64,000 nt of DNA from Microbotryum violaceum (taxonomy: Eukaryota): positions 1,922,001 to 1,986,000 of the forward strand of contig CDLV01000006.1 in NCBI GenBank assembly GCA_001244265.2. The letters are read 5' to 3'. Both the position numbers and the translations under genes were made by a program. Position 1 is the first letter of the stretch, and each line of letters opens with the position of its first letter. Of this stretch, positions 26,422 to 37,710 are shown one piece after another. The notes below the pieces were generated by a model. That model was not told where the DNA came from. It did no database searches and was given only the letters and a program-made list of their open reading frames with translations.

Positions 26422-28898
26422 CTATCGCTCCTGCAAGGCGGAGGCGGAGCTGACAGCGTCGAACGTGTACGCCGAGTACGCCAGGAAAGGCGAAGGGCCC
26501 GAGCCCGCTTGATCATCCATCTGGTCTAATTGAGCCGGACCCCGCACGTAGTCCTGCTGCTGCTGATGCGCGGAGCCGGAATATCTTTGAAAAGTCTGTG
26601 CCGGTTGGGGGTGCTCATATCTCGACGATTGGTACTGTTGCTGGTACTGCTGCTGAACTTGTTGCTCCTGTTGTCGCTGCTGCTTAACCTGTTGCTTCTG
26701 CTTGGCCACCGTTTGCCGGTGGGTTTTCGCTTCGTGCCGGGCCACAGCCTGCGCCTCTTGCTTCTCCACTTTCTTCTGAGCTCGTGCCCGCGAGGGTTTC
26801 GGCGTGAGCGTGTGCATCTTCCTATGATCGTCACGGGTAAAAGAAGGATGCCGCCACCCGGAATATTCGTGCGTCGAGGTGATGTCAAGTTTCGAGATGA
26901 GCTCCGACGGCGACAGGCGAGCGAAGCCGTAGACCTGTACGGCCGGAAAATCACCCGAATGCAACGTCAGTCACGGTTCCGATGAAACGGATGATAGAGC
27001 ATAGTAGACCGTCAACGCAACGACGCAGCAAGCGGTAAACGCCAGAGTAAGCGCGACAATACCTGGAGCGAGCCGAGCTGCGGAGAAAGCACGCCAAGCG
27101 TCCCGGGACCGACACCTCGGCGTATTGTGGACGGTCTTCACGCAGCTATTTCACTCACGTTGAGTTGCCGAGTAAACGCGTGCAGACTCGCATGCTGGTA
27201 GAAGCTGGGTAAGACCTCGGAGAGCAGCCTGGGTTGGGCGTGGCAGACGATGAACGAGGTGCCCGTATCACTGCGCAAGATAAACATTCGAGGAAAAAGA
27301 ATGCAATGTCAGTACTTGTCCAACGGCATTCCCGCAATCGCCGAAAAACTTCTATCGCCAATCGTCTCCACGAAAGCTTCAGGAAAGGCGGCAACCTAGC
27401 AATTAGGAGTTCAGGATCCCGAGGCCAGCGCCACGGTGCCTGACGATCACGCCTAGGTCGGAGCCGACGGCCGGGGCCAACGGAGGCGGAGTGGCGAGCG
27501 GAACACGGGGTCCAGAGAAGCGAACGGAAAATTGGAAACGGGAAACTCACTCCCAGACCATACAATCTTTGAAGCTGCACGGATGGGCGGCGATACGATA
27601 TAGGGGTACAAGGGCTTCGAGCGTCAGCGAGTGTGCTGCGGAACTCCGTACAGGCCTCCAGTGTCAGCGCTCGAGTGAAGACGGCTCACTATTCGGGATG
27701 GGACAGCAGATATTCGAGCTTTGCGATGAAAGGTTTCACGCGTGGGACAGATGCAGTAGGGTCGTTTGTGGCCTGCAAAATGCAGAACGATGCCGAGAAA
27801 CACGAGTCGAGCAAAAGGTCAGCGATATGCCCTCGAGTGGCTGACATCACCACCACGCTCGAGCACGGGTGTTCGCGCGTCGCGTCCAACACAGGAGGCG
27901 GAGGGCACAATGTCACATTGAAAAATGGCGTCGAGCCACCCCGTGTTGTTCGTGATGTTGCATGTCCAGCCTCGCGGGCGTGGTCTGCCGCTCGAGCATG
28001 CGCCGCCAAAGTCGTTCAAGCAATTCACCTTTGCGATTTCGAGCTGATTCGGCGAAACAAAGTCGGGTTCGAATGGCGACTGGGGTCCATCGCCGGACCA
28101 AGAAGACTCGACCAGGGAACCAGGAGGAGAAGCTAACGAGGACGCCGTGTTGGACATGCTCATCTCGAGCAAATCGCCAATGGTCATCTCGTTCTCGGAA
28201 CGTAGCGCGGTCGCGACGGCCGAACTCAACATTGCAGAGTTTCGACCTTGCGGGGTTTGTTGTAGCTGGAACGAGACCCTACGATCTGATGGGCCAGCCC
28301 TTGATGTATGTGGGTGCGGGCTGGTCTCGCCGACGCTCAAGCCCGGGTACGTCAAATCTTGCGGTTCGGAGCGTGGCTCGCCCGTGAGGGGATCCCAATT
28401 ATACCGACTCGATTCGACGGCATGGTACAGCTGGGCGTGGTGCGAGGTAAGTTGCGGTTGGTGCAACTGAACAAAGGACTTGTGAGGTGGGTCGAATGGG
28501 CCTTTCAACGTCGTCGTGGTCGAGAGGGCCGGCTGCGGAGGCCGAAAGTGTTTAGCCGGTGCCTCAACGTGGAGCTGCTGTGGCTGCTGTCCGCCGCCGA
28601 ACAGCGAGTGGACTTGTTGCCCGTACGCCAGAGACGGGCTGTAGCGAGGATCGAACGTGTCGCAGCTCCCCGAATACGAATGTCGTGGCTTCGAGGTGGC
28701 ACTGGTCGAAGTCGAGTCTACTTCCGAGGTCGAAGCGCCGGATGGCGTGGAAGACGAGGTTGTGAACGACGACGATGACGAGGCGCCCGGTGCCGCCACC
28801 GCCGCGTCCGGACCTTGGCGTTGTCGCGACTGTGAGTCGGTGTCGGCGGTCGACCTCTGTAAGCCAATGGAACCGTCATCACCACCTCCACCGGACAT
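26422..28898 (-). CDS. HSF-type DNA-binding domain transcription factor
   Basis: Spliced domain PFIAKLEYLLSHPE(Y)FKDCMVWD|DTGTSFIV...VLPSFYQHASLHAFTRQLN|VYGF...WRHPSFTR, with a Gln-rich C-terminus. Long introns 27773-28028, 27271-27550 and 26935-27158. Confidence 0.85.
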
Positions 28899-30699
28899 GG
28901 TCACGTTTGTGTTGACGCCCGTGGCTGCTCGAGCCAGCTCCGCGGTGATGCTGTACTCCTCGGCGAACACGCTTGCGTCGGAACGAAGGAAACTCTGAGC
29001 TCGACGACGACAACCACTGGACGGGTCTCGACCACTGCGCCCAGGCCCGACCCGGTCGTGCCCAATGTCCCATCTGATCTTGGAAATCACGCGGAGGAGC
29101 TTCGTGGGTTACGTACGTTGGGCAAAACCGCCAGACACTACAACAGAATGTCTTTTTTACAGGAAACATGCTTTTCGCATCTGGCTCCTGTGTCTAATTC
29201 TTTGCTTCTTGGATTCGACAGGGTACATCGGGATTTTAAGCTCATGCCGCGTGCCTATTTTTGGCTTTGTGCATTCCGCATGCAAAATCCCAAAATCCGC
29301 TATTCGGCACTCGCGGCTCGGGCGCCCCGGGGCGGCTTGGGCGAGGGCTTCAGCTCGCGTTCGAATTTCAAATCCGTGGTGCATGCGCATCTCGATACGT
29401 GCACTCAAAAACTACAAAACATAAAAAGAGTTCACAAGGGAGGCTCAATGTAGGAGTTGGATCTGGCTAGGCTAAACAAAGACAAGTCGCCTGCCACTTA
29501 GCACCGCCAGCGTAAGAGTTCCGAATGGTCGAGACTCCCTGCGTCATCAGCACCTTCCATACCATTTTAGTTGAAACCAAGACCACTTGCTCCGAGAATA
29601 ATTTTATTTCACCTACACCTACCTGAGGCTCTCGGTGTCTAACTACCCAGGTAGGTAACGTGCCCCTACGAAATGGTAGGGGGGATCGTCGCGGCCTTGC
29701 CTAGCGAGACTTTAAAGCGGTATTCACTACCCTGGCCCCGGTCGGCCCTCCGCAGGCGTCGGAGTGCATTCCCCGTGGGAAGGAACCTACCTGCTAATCT
29801 ACCAAGGTGTGTGTTATTGCATCTCGGAACGATCAACGCAGGTGAAGCTACTGACCTAGGTACCGCTCGTCAAAGAGGCCTTGCTTGCACGATTCTCAAC
29901 AAGGTACCTTGGACTTTAATGCCTAATCGCCGACATAGGGTGCTTGCAATTCGAACCAACGCATACCTCGGCACAGGAACGAGCGGCGCACCGGGTACGG
30001 TCGAGAGTGGGCTCCGGTGCGGATAGGGTACTACAGGTGATGTAGGGCCTCTATGGCGTCTCTGCTGGCTCTATCATGCTCTACTACACTCAAAAAGTAT
30101 GTATACGGCAAGGGAGACGATACATGCAGATAAGCGGAAGCTGAATCAATTTCGTTTTTTTCGGGGCGTACCGCACATTTGTTGGCGCAGAGGACGCCCC
30201 AAATGGCTCACGCTCCGCCCTAAAAGGCGGACTGGCTCCGAGGTCGGTACGCCCGGGGCCTACGTGAATTGGCACACATACGCTCCGAAACTTTAGATCG
30301 CATCTGTGGCTGCTACAGCGCACTGTATGCACTCTGACAGTCACCAGTTCGGTCTAAGGGTGTGGCTGTACAACCCTTTAGCAGATGAAGCAGATACAAG
30401 TCGATGTCACAAAGTCGAAGCTGTTACTCGGAGCACCGCGCAACGACTGAGGCCGGCCTGCCCTACTAGGCTCTGTACGAACGCTGATATGTGTGCTGTA
30501 GCAATCGCAAACCCCCTTAGTAGAGCATTGATTACAGCACAAAAAGAGATATGGTACATAAAACGATACAGGGGCCGAATTACACAACTGCTATGGTTCT
30601 ACAGGACGCTGTATGCCCACCCAGTGACTTCCTCTGGTTCAGATTGGATGATCTGGACCAAGGGCATTGCAAATAAGTACCACTTCTGCAACATGGGGA

Positions 30700-33484
30700 A
30701 GTAGTGATGTCTCACAGGGCCATCCTCATCGCTATCATTATCGGCGTACCGTTCCGCCGCCAGCTTCTTCGCACTGGAGAATGAGGCGGCTATGTTCGAT
30801 GTGCAAGAAAGAGCTTGGGGGAAGGATCAGCCTGATAGTTTTTTCTGCGCAAACTGGTTTTTGGTCACTTGCCTACGTTCAGATGCTTGATAGTCTTTTT
30901 GGTGTCTTTGATAAATGTCTTCATCAAACTAGAATTTGTGCTCCAAGTTTTCTTGAGTATTGCCTCAGTGGGAACCTGCAACTGATGAAGAGTGACAAGG
31001 AGGCAATGCCGGTCAGCCAAGCCAGCCCACTCTGCCATGCTATTCAGGATACTGACTCACACTCAAGTAAATCTCCCGATTCTTACTTCCTGCCAGTTGC
31101 TTCGCATTGCTGAAAGACCATGCCAGCTTGTTGCCCGGGACCAGCCGGAGATTGACGCTTTCTTCTGGACATGAGACTTCAGCCAGTGCCCGCACTCCGA
31201 GCCCATCCCGAGGAACCCCATAATCATGGACCTTAACTAGCCTCCAAGCTTCACTGATGTAAGCCCATGCGCATGAACGAGCAAGCGAAACACTGTAGTA
31301 AAAAGCCGTATTAGCTCTGGAACACAGGGAGGTCCACAAAGCGGCATACATTAGGCCACTTACATTCTAGAGAGCTTCTTAAATTCGTCTGCGCGCAGAT
31401 CCTTCGTTGACACCACGTTCACACATATGATGCATCTTGTCGTCCTTTGTTCCTCTTTGGAGATCTCGGCATGCAACTTATGTAAGTACAATCCGCATAA
31501 GTTACAGCGGATGAGGTCCTGAGTGAAGGCGACCGGCGTTCCACACAGCCCTCCCGCGGCACAAGTTGGGCATCTGAGCTTGACCATGACAGGCTTGTGC
31601 GCCCGATATTCGTCCTCGAGCAGCGAATGCCCTGGGTGCAAGCCGATAGCCTATGCACAAAGAGGGGATGTTCAGAGAACCGATGGCCGTGACACCACCA
31701 TTGTATGCGCCATCACGTCCCCGAACGTACCTTTTCCAGAATCCTTAACTTGTCAATTTGGTACTTGCGGGCGGAGCCCGCTTCCCTGAATTTTTTGAGC
31801 GTCTGGCGGCCCGCCTGTGCTCCTTCCTCCACGACGCCCAACTCCAGGTCCATGACCTCGTAGCGCTGACGCACCATAGCCACGGTCGGTAGTCAGGGTC
31901 CCTCAGCATTCACATCGGGGTTTCGCTTGCGCGCGCCGTACGTTTGCGCAGCAGATGGCTCGAGGTCGGTAATCATCAATTCCAGCGAGGTCCTCCATCG
32001 CCTTGTCAGAGATGTATTGAGTGATCGCAGCGCAGTCCGGTTTCCTTTGTACACCCACCAGCTATAAGAAGCCGTGGCGCGCAAATCTGGGACGAGCTCG
32101 GTGGCGAGATGCGCAATTGACCCCATTGGATTGAGTCCATCAAATTGATGCCATTGAAGTGGGCCCCTCCAAAGACACATCTTGCGGGCACCGGCGAATA
32201 CGTTTCGAAGCGACAGAAACAAATCGCCGTTATATTCGTATGCGGTTACACCACATGTGTCGGACCGAGATTTGCTTGGCGATGGCCAGATGGTTGGAAC
32301 CTCACAGCGATGCACTGTAACAAACGCAGGTTCGTTAGGGCCAAGACGGAAGCATGGGCTACGTGCTCCTCCCTTTGTGATGAAATTTTTGTAACGTACC
32401 CAGCAGAATAGACTTGAAGGGGCGTGGTGAAAGGCGCTCGGTCACGGATGATGTCACATCGTCGAAGTCGAGGTCAATTTTGCCAAGGGGGATTTCTGAT
32501 GGTAGATTTGACGATTGAGTGAGCCGGTATCGCAGTTGCGCATTGAAGACTCGCTCACCTTCCATATTAAGGACACTGTCGTCGTGACCCAAGAGGTCAT
32601 CATGGGTGTTCGATTCTTCCGAAGAACAAATCGATGCCGCGACGCTGAATTGATGAGACGAAGGCGAGTCGCGAACTCGTGCGGTTTGTACGAGTTCCGC
32701 GCAGAATACTTTGCTGTCCATTCGAGCATGATCCAACGTGTCGTCTCGTTCCTCAGGATCGGCCCCAGCAGAACCTGCAACGGTACCGTAATCGCTCGTC
32801 TCGCCGCGCGGTCGCGACTCGGGGACAGGCGGTTCCAAAGACTTCGGATTGTCCCCTTGGAGCGAAGTCATTGACCTCCTCGATTGTAACTAGAGCGCTC
32901 AAATGGTCGATTTGGGTGGAACGGGCCATGGGTGGAATGTGCCATCATGTCAGTTCAGGAATGGCCCCTGACGATGGACAGTGAACGGGCAGCCGCGACC
33001 ACGGGAATGTCCGTTTGCTCACCGAGCTGTAGTCTACTCGTTGGCGAATCTGTGGCTCGTAAAGCTTTTTCTCCGATCCAGGAGACAGTTCCACTTCATT
33101 GGTAGACTAGAAGCAGTACAGAAAATTAGGGGTGGAAGTAACGATGGTGACTGACGCAGTACGCACCCTTCGCAGTCTGACCGGTGAATGTGAATGGGTC
33201 GCGTCAACGTCGTCGGAGAAGCCTCGCTGGGAGGACCCGGCGGGCTCAACATCCTCAAACACGTCTTCGAGGCTCGATTTCCAATGAGGTCTCGAGCTCG
33301 ATTCATGTATGTGTGTTGGCTCCAAGGGGAAAGGAGCTGAGAACGCCGGTGGCGACGCAGCGGCACCGGGTAGGTCGAGGACTTGGAGACGCGTCCGCCG
33401 CGATTGAAGTCTTGCTTCACGCTCAGATGTCGGAGGTGGGGCATGAGCCTTTGGCGTCCATTTCTTTCGTCTTCCACGGGCCAT
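30700..33484 (-). pseudogene. Spliced cargo gene with a PHD-like zinc finger and a premature stop (boundaries approximate)
   Basis: RCPTC...LIRCNLCGLYLHKLH...RCIIC near 31420-31575. The frame reads through an in-frame TGA at 31893-31895 to a GTACGT donor. No DDE motif recognised. Confidence 0.5.
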
Positions 33485-33742
33485 CGTTGGTGGCCTGGGT
33501 GGTCGACTCAAAGGGAGCACCTTCCGACGCGGGCCCGCAGATGGCCGCGTGTAGCACTGACGCCAAAGTGAGACCTAATTTGTCGGACAAATTAGTCCTC
33601 TGAGTCAAGTCGCCAGGTTGACTTATCCGTCACGGCTAAGTGCGACTTTGCAGGGTTGACAGTAGTTAATGCTGGAGCTAGGTATCGTCTTACCCCCTTG
33701 ATTGCTAGAGCACACATATCAGCGTTCGTACAGAGCCTAGTA

Positions 33743-34206
33743 CACGTGCGGGCGCGATACTTGCGGCGGCCATGAGGGCGGCCGGTGAGGGTCCTCGCCT
33801 CAGGCGAATTCTCAGAGGTCGCCTCAACGGATTCAAGAAATTGTCACCGCATGGCCGCCTCACGCCTCCTGGTGGCCTCCTGGTGACCTCAAGGCGGCGA
33901 GGTGGATGAGGTCGGGCTCGTGTTCACACACCTCGCTTAACACGCTTCAAGCACCCCTGTGATGATGTGATTACAGTTGGGAACACTCTTGGAAACACTC
34001 ATTGCAATGTTGAAACGATGCTGTGGTCATGTCATGAAGCCGCGAGGTGGCCTTGAGGACGCCCGCAGAGGAGGTGAGGCGGGTGCGCCTCCCTGGTCAC
34101 CGTGCGTGCACCGGCTGGTGCCTTTGAGGCTGAACCTTTGCGGCGCGGCTGAGAGCGGGGTCCAAGCGGGGCCTCATGGCGACCACCAGGCGCGCGGCCG
34201 CACGTG
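33743..34206. mobile_element. Tc1/mariner-type MITE nested in the right TIR of the larger element
   Basis: Termini CACGTGCGG...CCGCACGTG with imperfect ~35-bp TIRs. TA is duplicated at 33741-42 and 34207-08. Removing the insert restores the sequence seen in the left TIR. Confidence 0.88.
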
Positions 34207-34690
34207 TAGGGCAGGCCGGCCTCAGTCGTCGCGCGGTGCTCCGAGTAACAGCTTCGACTTTGTGACATCGACTTGTATCTGCTTCATCTGCTAAAGGGTT
34301 GTATAGCCACACCCTTAGACCGAACTGGTGACTGTCAGAGTGCATACAGTGCGCTATAGCAGCCACAGATGCTATCTAAAGTTTTGGAGCGTACGTGTGC
34401 CAATTCACGTAGGCCCCGGGCGTACCGACCTCGGAGCCAGTACGCCTTTTAGGGCGGAGCGTGAGCCATTTGGGGCGTCCTCTGCGCCAACAAATGTGCG
34501 GTACGCCCCGAAATAACCGAAATTGATTCAGCTTCCGCTTATCTGCATGTATCGTCTTCCCTTGCCGTATACATACTTTTTGAGTGTAGTAGAGCATGAT
34601 AGAGCCAGCAGAGACGCCCATAGAGGCCCTACATCACCTGTAGTACCCTGTCCGCACCGGAGCCCACTCTCGACCGTACCCGCGGCGCAC

Positions 34691-35400
34691 AGAGCTGGGC
34701 CGCTAATAGCCTGAGGCCTGTGGTGACACTGGTGAATGTGGTGCCAAGGCGGCGGCGCGGTGAAACTCGAATTTCCGCGGACTTCGAGCACGGTCCAGCA
34801 TGCGTCCACTAAGTTCCGAGTTCTGTGACGGAGTAACTGCTGCACCGGTGAGCTCGACTCGAACTGAACGTTTGATTCTTGACTTTTCCGCGATTGTAAG
34901 GGTTTGGTCCCTCAAAGTCGCGACCTGCTAAATCTGTAATATTCGCTAGGCGCTCGAACTGAGAACCGCCGGCCCTTGCATGTGAAATCCTTGGCCGTGC
35001 CGAGCGACGATCGCCTCTCCACATTACGACTGTGCACGGCCGAAAGCCGGCTTCAGCTAGGTACCTGGACACAGCTCACAAGCCACAAATAAATTCCTTG
35101 CTTAATGCCCGAGCCGTTGCCTCACCGAGTGAAGAATCGTGTAACACGCGCCTCGGCGCCCGTACGAGGTGACCATACAAATCTGAGACAGCGGCCTCAG
35201 CTTCGCCAAGAAGTCTTTGCCGAGGCCTTCTTCTCAAATTCCACGCGTTGGACAAATGGTCCGAGGGTTTAGGGTCGGAAGGTCGAGTGGACAGGTCGTG
35301 ATATTTATCGTCGACTCATCACTGACCGCTCGACCTTCGCCTATGCTTATGGCGACTTTCTAGATTCGGGGTCCTGGCTGCCCCCGCGTGCACTCGAACA
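34691..35400 (-). ncRNA. Candidate structured ncRNA (telomerase-RNA-like or box C/D-like)
   Basis: No convincing ORF and several strong hairpins. CCCTAAACCCT (35274-35264) lies 3 nt downstream of a long hairpin. Confidence 0.3.
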
Positions 35401-35632
35401 AGTTGAGGTGCAATGCTTTCTTATCTCTCGTGCCTGCTAAAACTGTTATGAAAGCAAAACTCGTTACTGCAGAAGATGCGAAGATGTTACAATTGGGTGT
35501 GCGCAATCGGCGGACGGCCTCCGAGTCGATCAAAGAGGATTCGCCGAGGAAGGCTCCAAAGCTAGCATGTAGAGCCATTGGCGTCGCTCTGGGCTCTTCT
35601 ACATCATTCACGCGGGACTGATACTCTAATTA

Positions 35633-37399
35633 CTACTTTTTAGGACGTTTCTTGACCTCCTCCTCGGTGCAGGTGTGGATGCAGACTTTGTTGGGATGAT
35701 TTGGCACTGGACGAAGGAATAGCTCGGGGGGGGGGGGGGGGGGTCAGCACAACAGACTTTCCTTCCGAGTCGTGAACAAAGTTTTGTGAAATCGAGGTTC
35801 CGGAGTTGGACAACTCACCGTTTCCGTTGTGGCCCTTCGACCTGCAAAGCAATGGGATGAAAAAAGAGTCCGTCAGATGTCGGTGAGAGCATACGGTCTC
35901 CGGCAGCAAGAGCTGCGACGCAAGTCGTGACGAACCAGTCGTAAGAAATGGCATCTGCCAAGTATTGAAAGGCATACCGTTTAGCGAGCATGATCAGAAG
36001 GCCGGTTAGTAGTGTAGCATGCACGTACAAGCCAAGTACTGCCCCGTCCGACTAAAGTCGGTCGCCGTGACCGAGCCCTCGTTCAAGGTCCACGTCTTTA
36101 GTCGCGTCCTCGAGGTATGATCCCACATGCTGTATAGAAAGGAGCACTCTCAGCACCCACGAGTAAAGACTGCCCACGGTGACGTCCTTATGAGACGCAC
36201 TTGATCACCCCATCAGAACCTGCTGTGGAGAATGTGCCGAGGGGATGGAACGATATTTCGTTAATCGCGTAGACCGACTGACTGCCCGTCTTGAACCCGG
36301 GCGTTTTCTGCGTCGAGCAAATTTTTGACGGCGATCATGTCAGTATACACCATCCTATTCCGGGCTTTCCTCTCCATACCGAATTTGGCCACGTACCGAA
36401 ATGTCGGCTCGGTGGCATTTGAAGGAAAAGTTATTGGAGCTCTTGGCGTCGTCGACGTACTGAATCGCGACACGGCCCTCGACACTCGTGATCGCGTACC
36501 CGTCACCGTCGGGGAAAGTCGCCAAGGACCTCGTCTGCATCTTCAACGGCGAGGTCATTGTTTTGAAGGGTGTTGTGGGTTGGTCTGGTAGGTCGAAGGG
36601 AGAGAGTCGAGGTTTCCACGCTCAGTGGAGCCTTTGAAAATTTGAAAACAAAAGCCTAGAGACCGGGAACGCACTGAGGTTGAAGATGAGGCAGTGTCGT
36701 TCAGCCGTTCCGACGACCATGAGCGGATATGTCACGTCCAGGGCTAGGTGAAGAAGCGTCGGTCAGGTAGCACAAAGACAGGGGTCCGAGGATGGATCAG
36801 CTCGAGTGTCCTCGCGCACCAATCACCGAGTGCTCGACTGACTGTAACATCGTTCTGGTAGTTGCACCTGCGCCGCTGGTGTGGGTTGTCGCATATCCCA
36901 ATACCGCAATGTCTGTGCACGAGTCGTTGCACAAGATGGAAGGTGAGTTAGCTGATCCCGTCGAGGGCCAAAGCGGGGGTGCGGCTGCAGTGGAGGACCA
37001 ACGAACCTTGTCCCAGGACCCGGTGACGACCATGGGTGAGCCAGGTATGTCGAGCCACTTGACGGATCGTATTGGGGCGTCGTGGGCCGCGAACTGGGTG
37101 GTCTGACCGGTGGCCAAGTCATAGACCCGACCCGCGTTGTCGGCTCCACCGGAGACGATCTTGGTGCCGTCCTTGCTCCACGCGACGTCGAGCACGGGCC
37201 CTTCGTGGGTGTACTGGGACCTCCCTTGGTTCTGTCCGTTGGGTCCGACCTCGAAGATGCGCACTTGGTTCGACCAGGACCCGACGGCGAGCAGGTCCGC
37301 GGCGGGTGACCACGCCAGCGCCGAGATGCCATCGGTCTGTGTGTTTTGCACGACCACATCCGGTTGGTCGGGTGGTTTCACCGCTCCAAACATGCTCAT
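35633..37399 (-). CDS. RAE1: mRNA export factor Rae1/Gle2 (WD40)
   Basis: [54 protein letters not shown], and AYAISYDW|SKG. Ends [10 protein letters not shown]. Confidence 0.95.
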
Positions 37400-37670
37400 A
37401 GTGGCAGAGAAAGGGAGGCTCGACGAGACGCGGGGGAGAGACGAGGATGGGGACGGTGCAGGTAGGTGCAGGTAGGTGCAGGTCGGGTGAGGAGGTGGAG
37501 CCGTGCTCTGCCGCGGTCGGACTCTGAACTCGCGCACACACGCGAGCGAGTACTAGCGCGGTGCCGGCATCGGAAACGAAAGAATGAAAGCAGTCTGAAA
37601 GCACTATTCTCTCAACTCTCCCCACTTTGCGACCGGACAACGCGCCGGATCTCCCTCCTACGCCTTACCA

Positions 37671-37707
<37 letters not shown>

Positions 37708-37710
37708 AGG

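Larger units (their letters stand above)
29992..34682. mobile_element. Long-TIR DNA transposon (MULE- or Zisupton/KDZ-like), apparently non-autonomous
   Basis: Near-identical TIRs of about 515 bp (29992-30506 and 33700-34682, the latter interrupted). Termini CGGGTACGG...CCGTACCCG. Flanking direct repeat CGGCGCAC (8 bp, or GCGGCGCAC 9 bp with a shifted end). Confidence 0.9.

Noticed and set aside
29887-35145. 10-bp complement CACGATTCTT/GAGAATCGTG across the transposon
   Set aside because: A match of this length between two ~700-nt regions is expected by chance.
35278-35363. Hairpin followed by CTAG as a Helitron 3' end
   Set aside because: The hairpin is too long and CTAG is followed by A, not the expected T.
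35726-35743. Poly-G runs (also 49606-49623) as G-quadruplexes or telomere seeds
   Set aside because: Simple homopolymers; the first is poly-C within a RAE1 intron on the sense strand.
37670-37708. (CCACCGC)n repeat upstream of the lectin gene
   Set aside because: Short simple repeat without spacers; not CRISPR-like.
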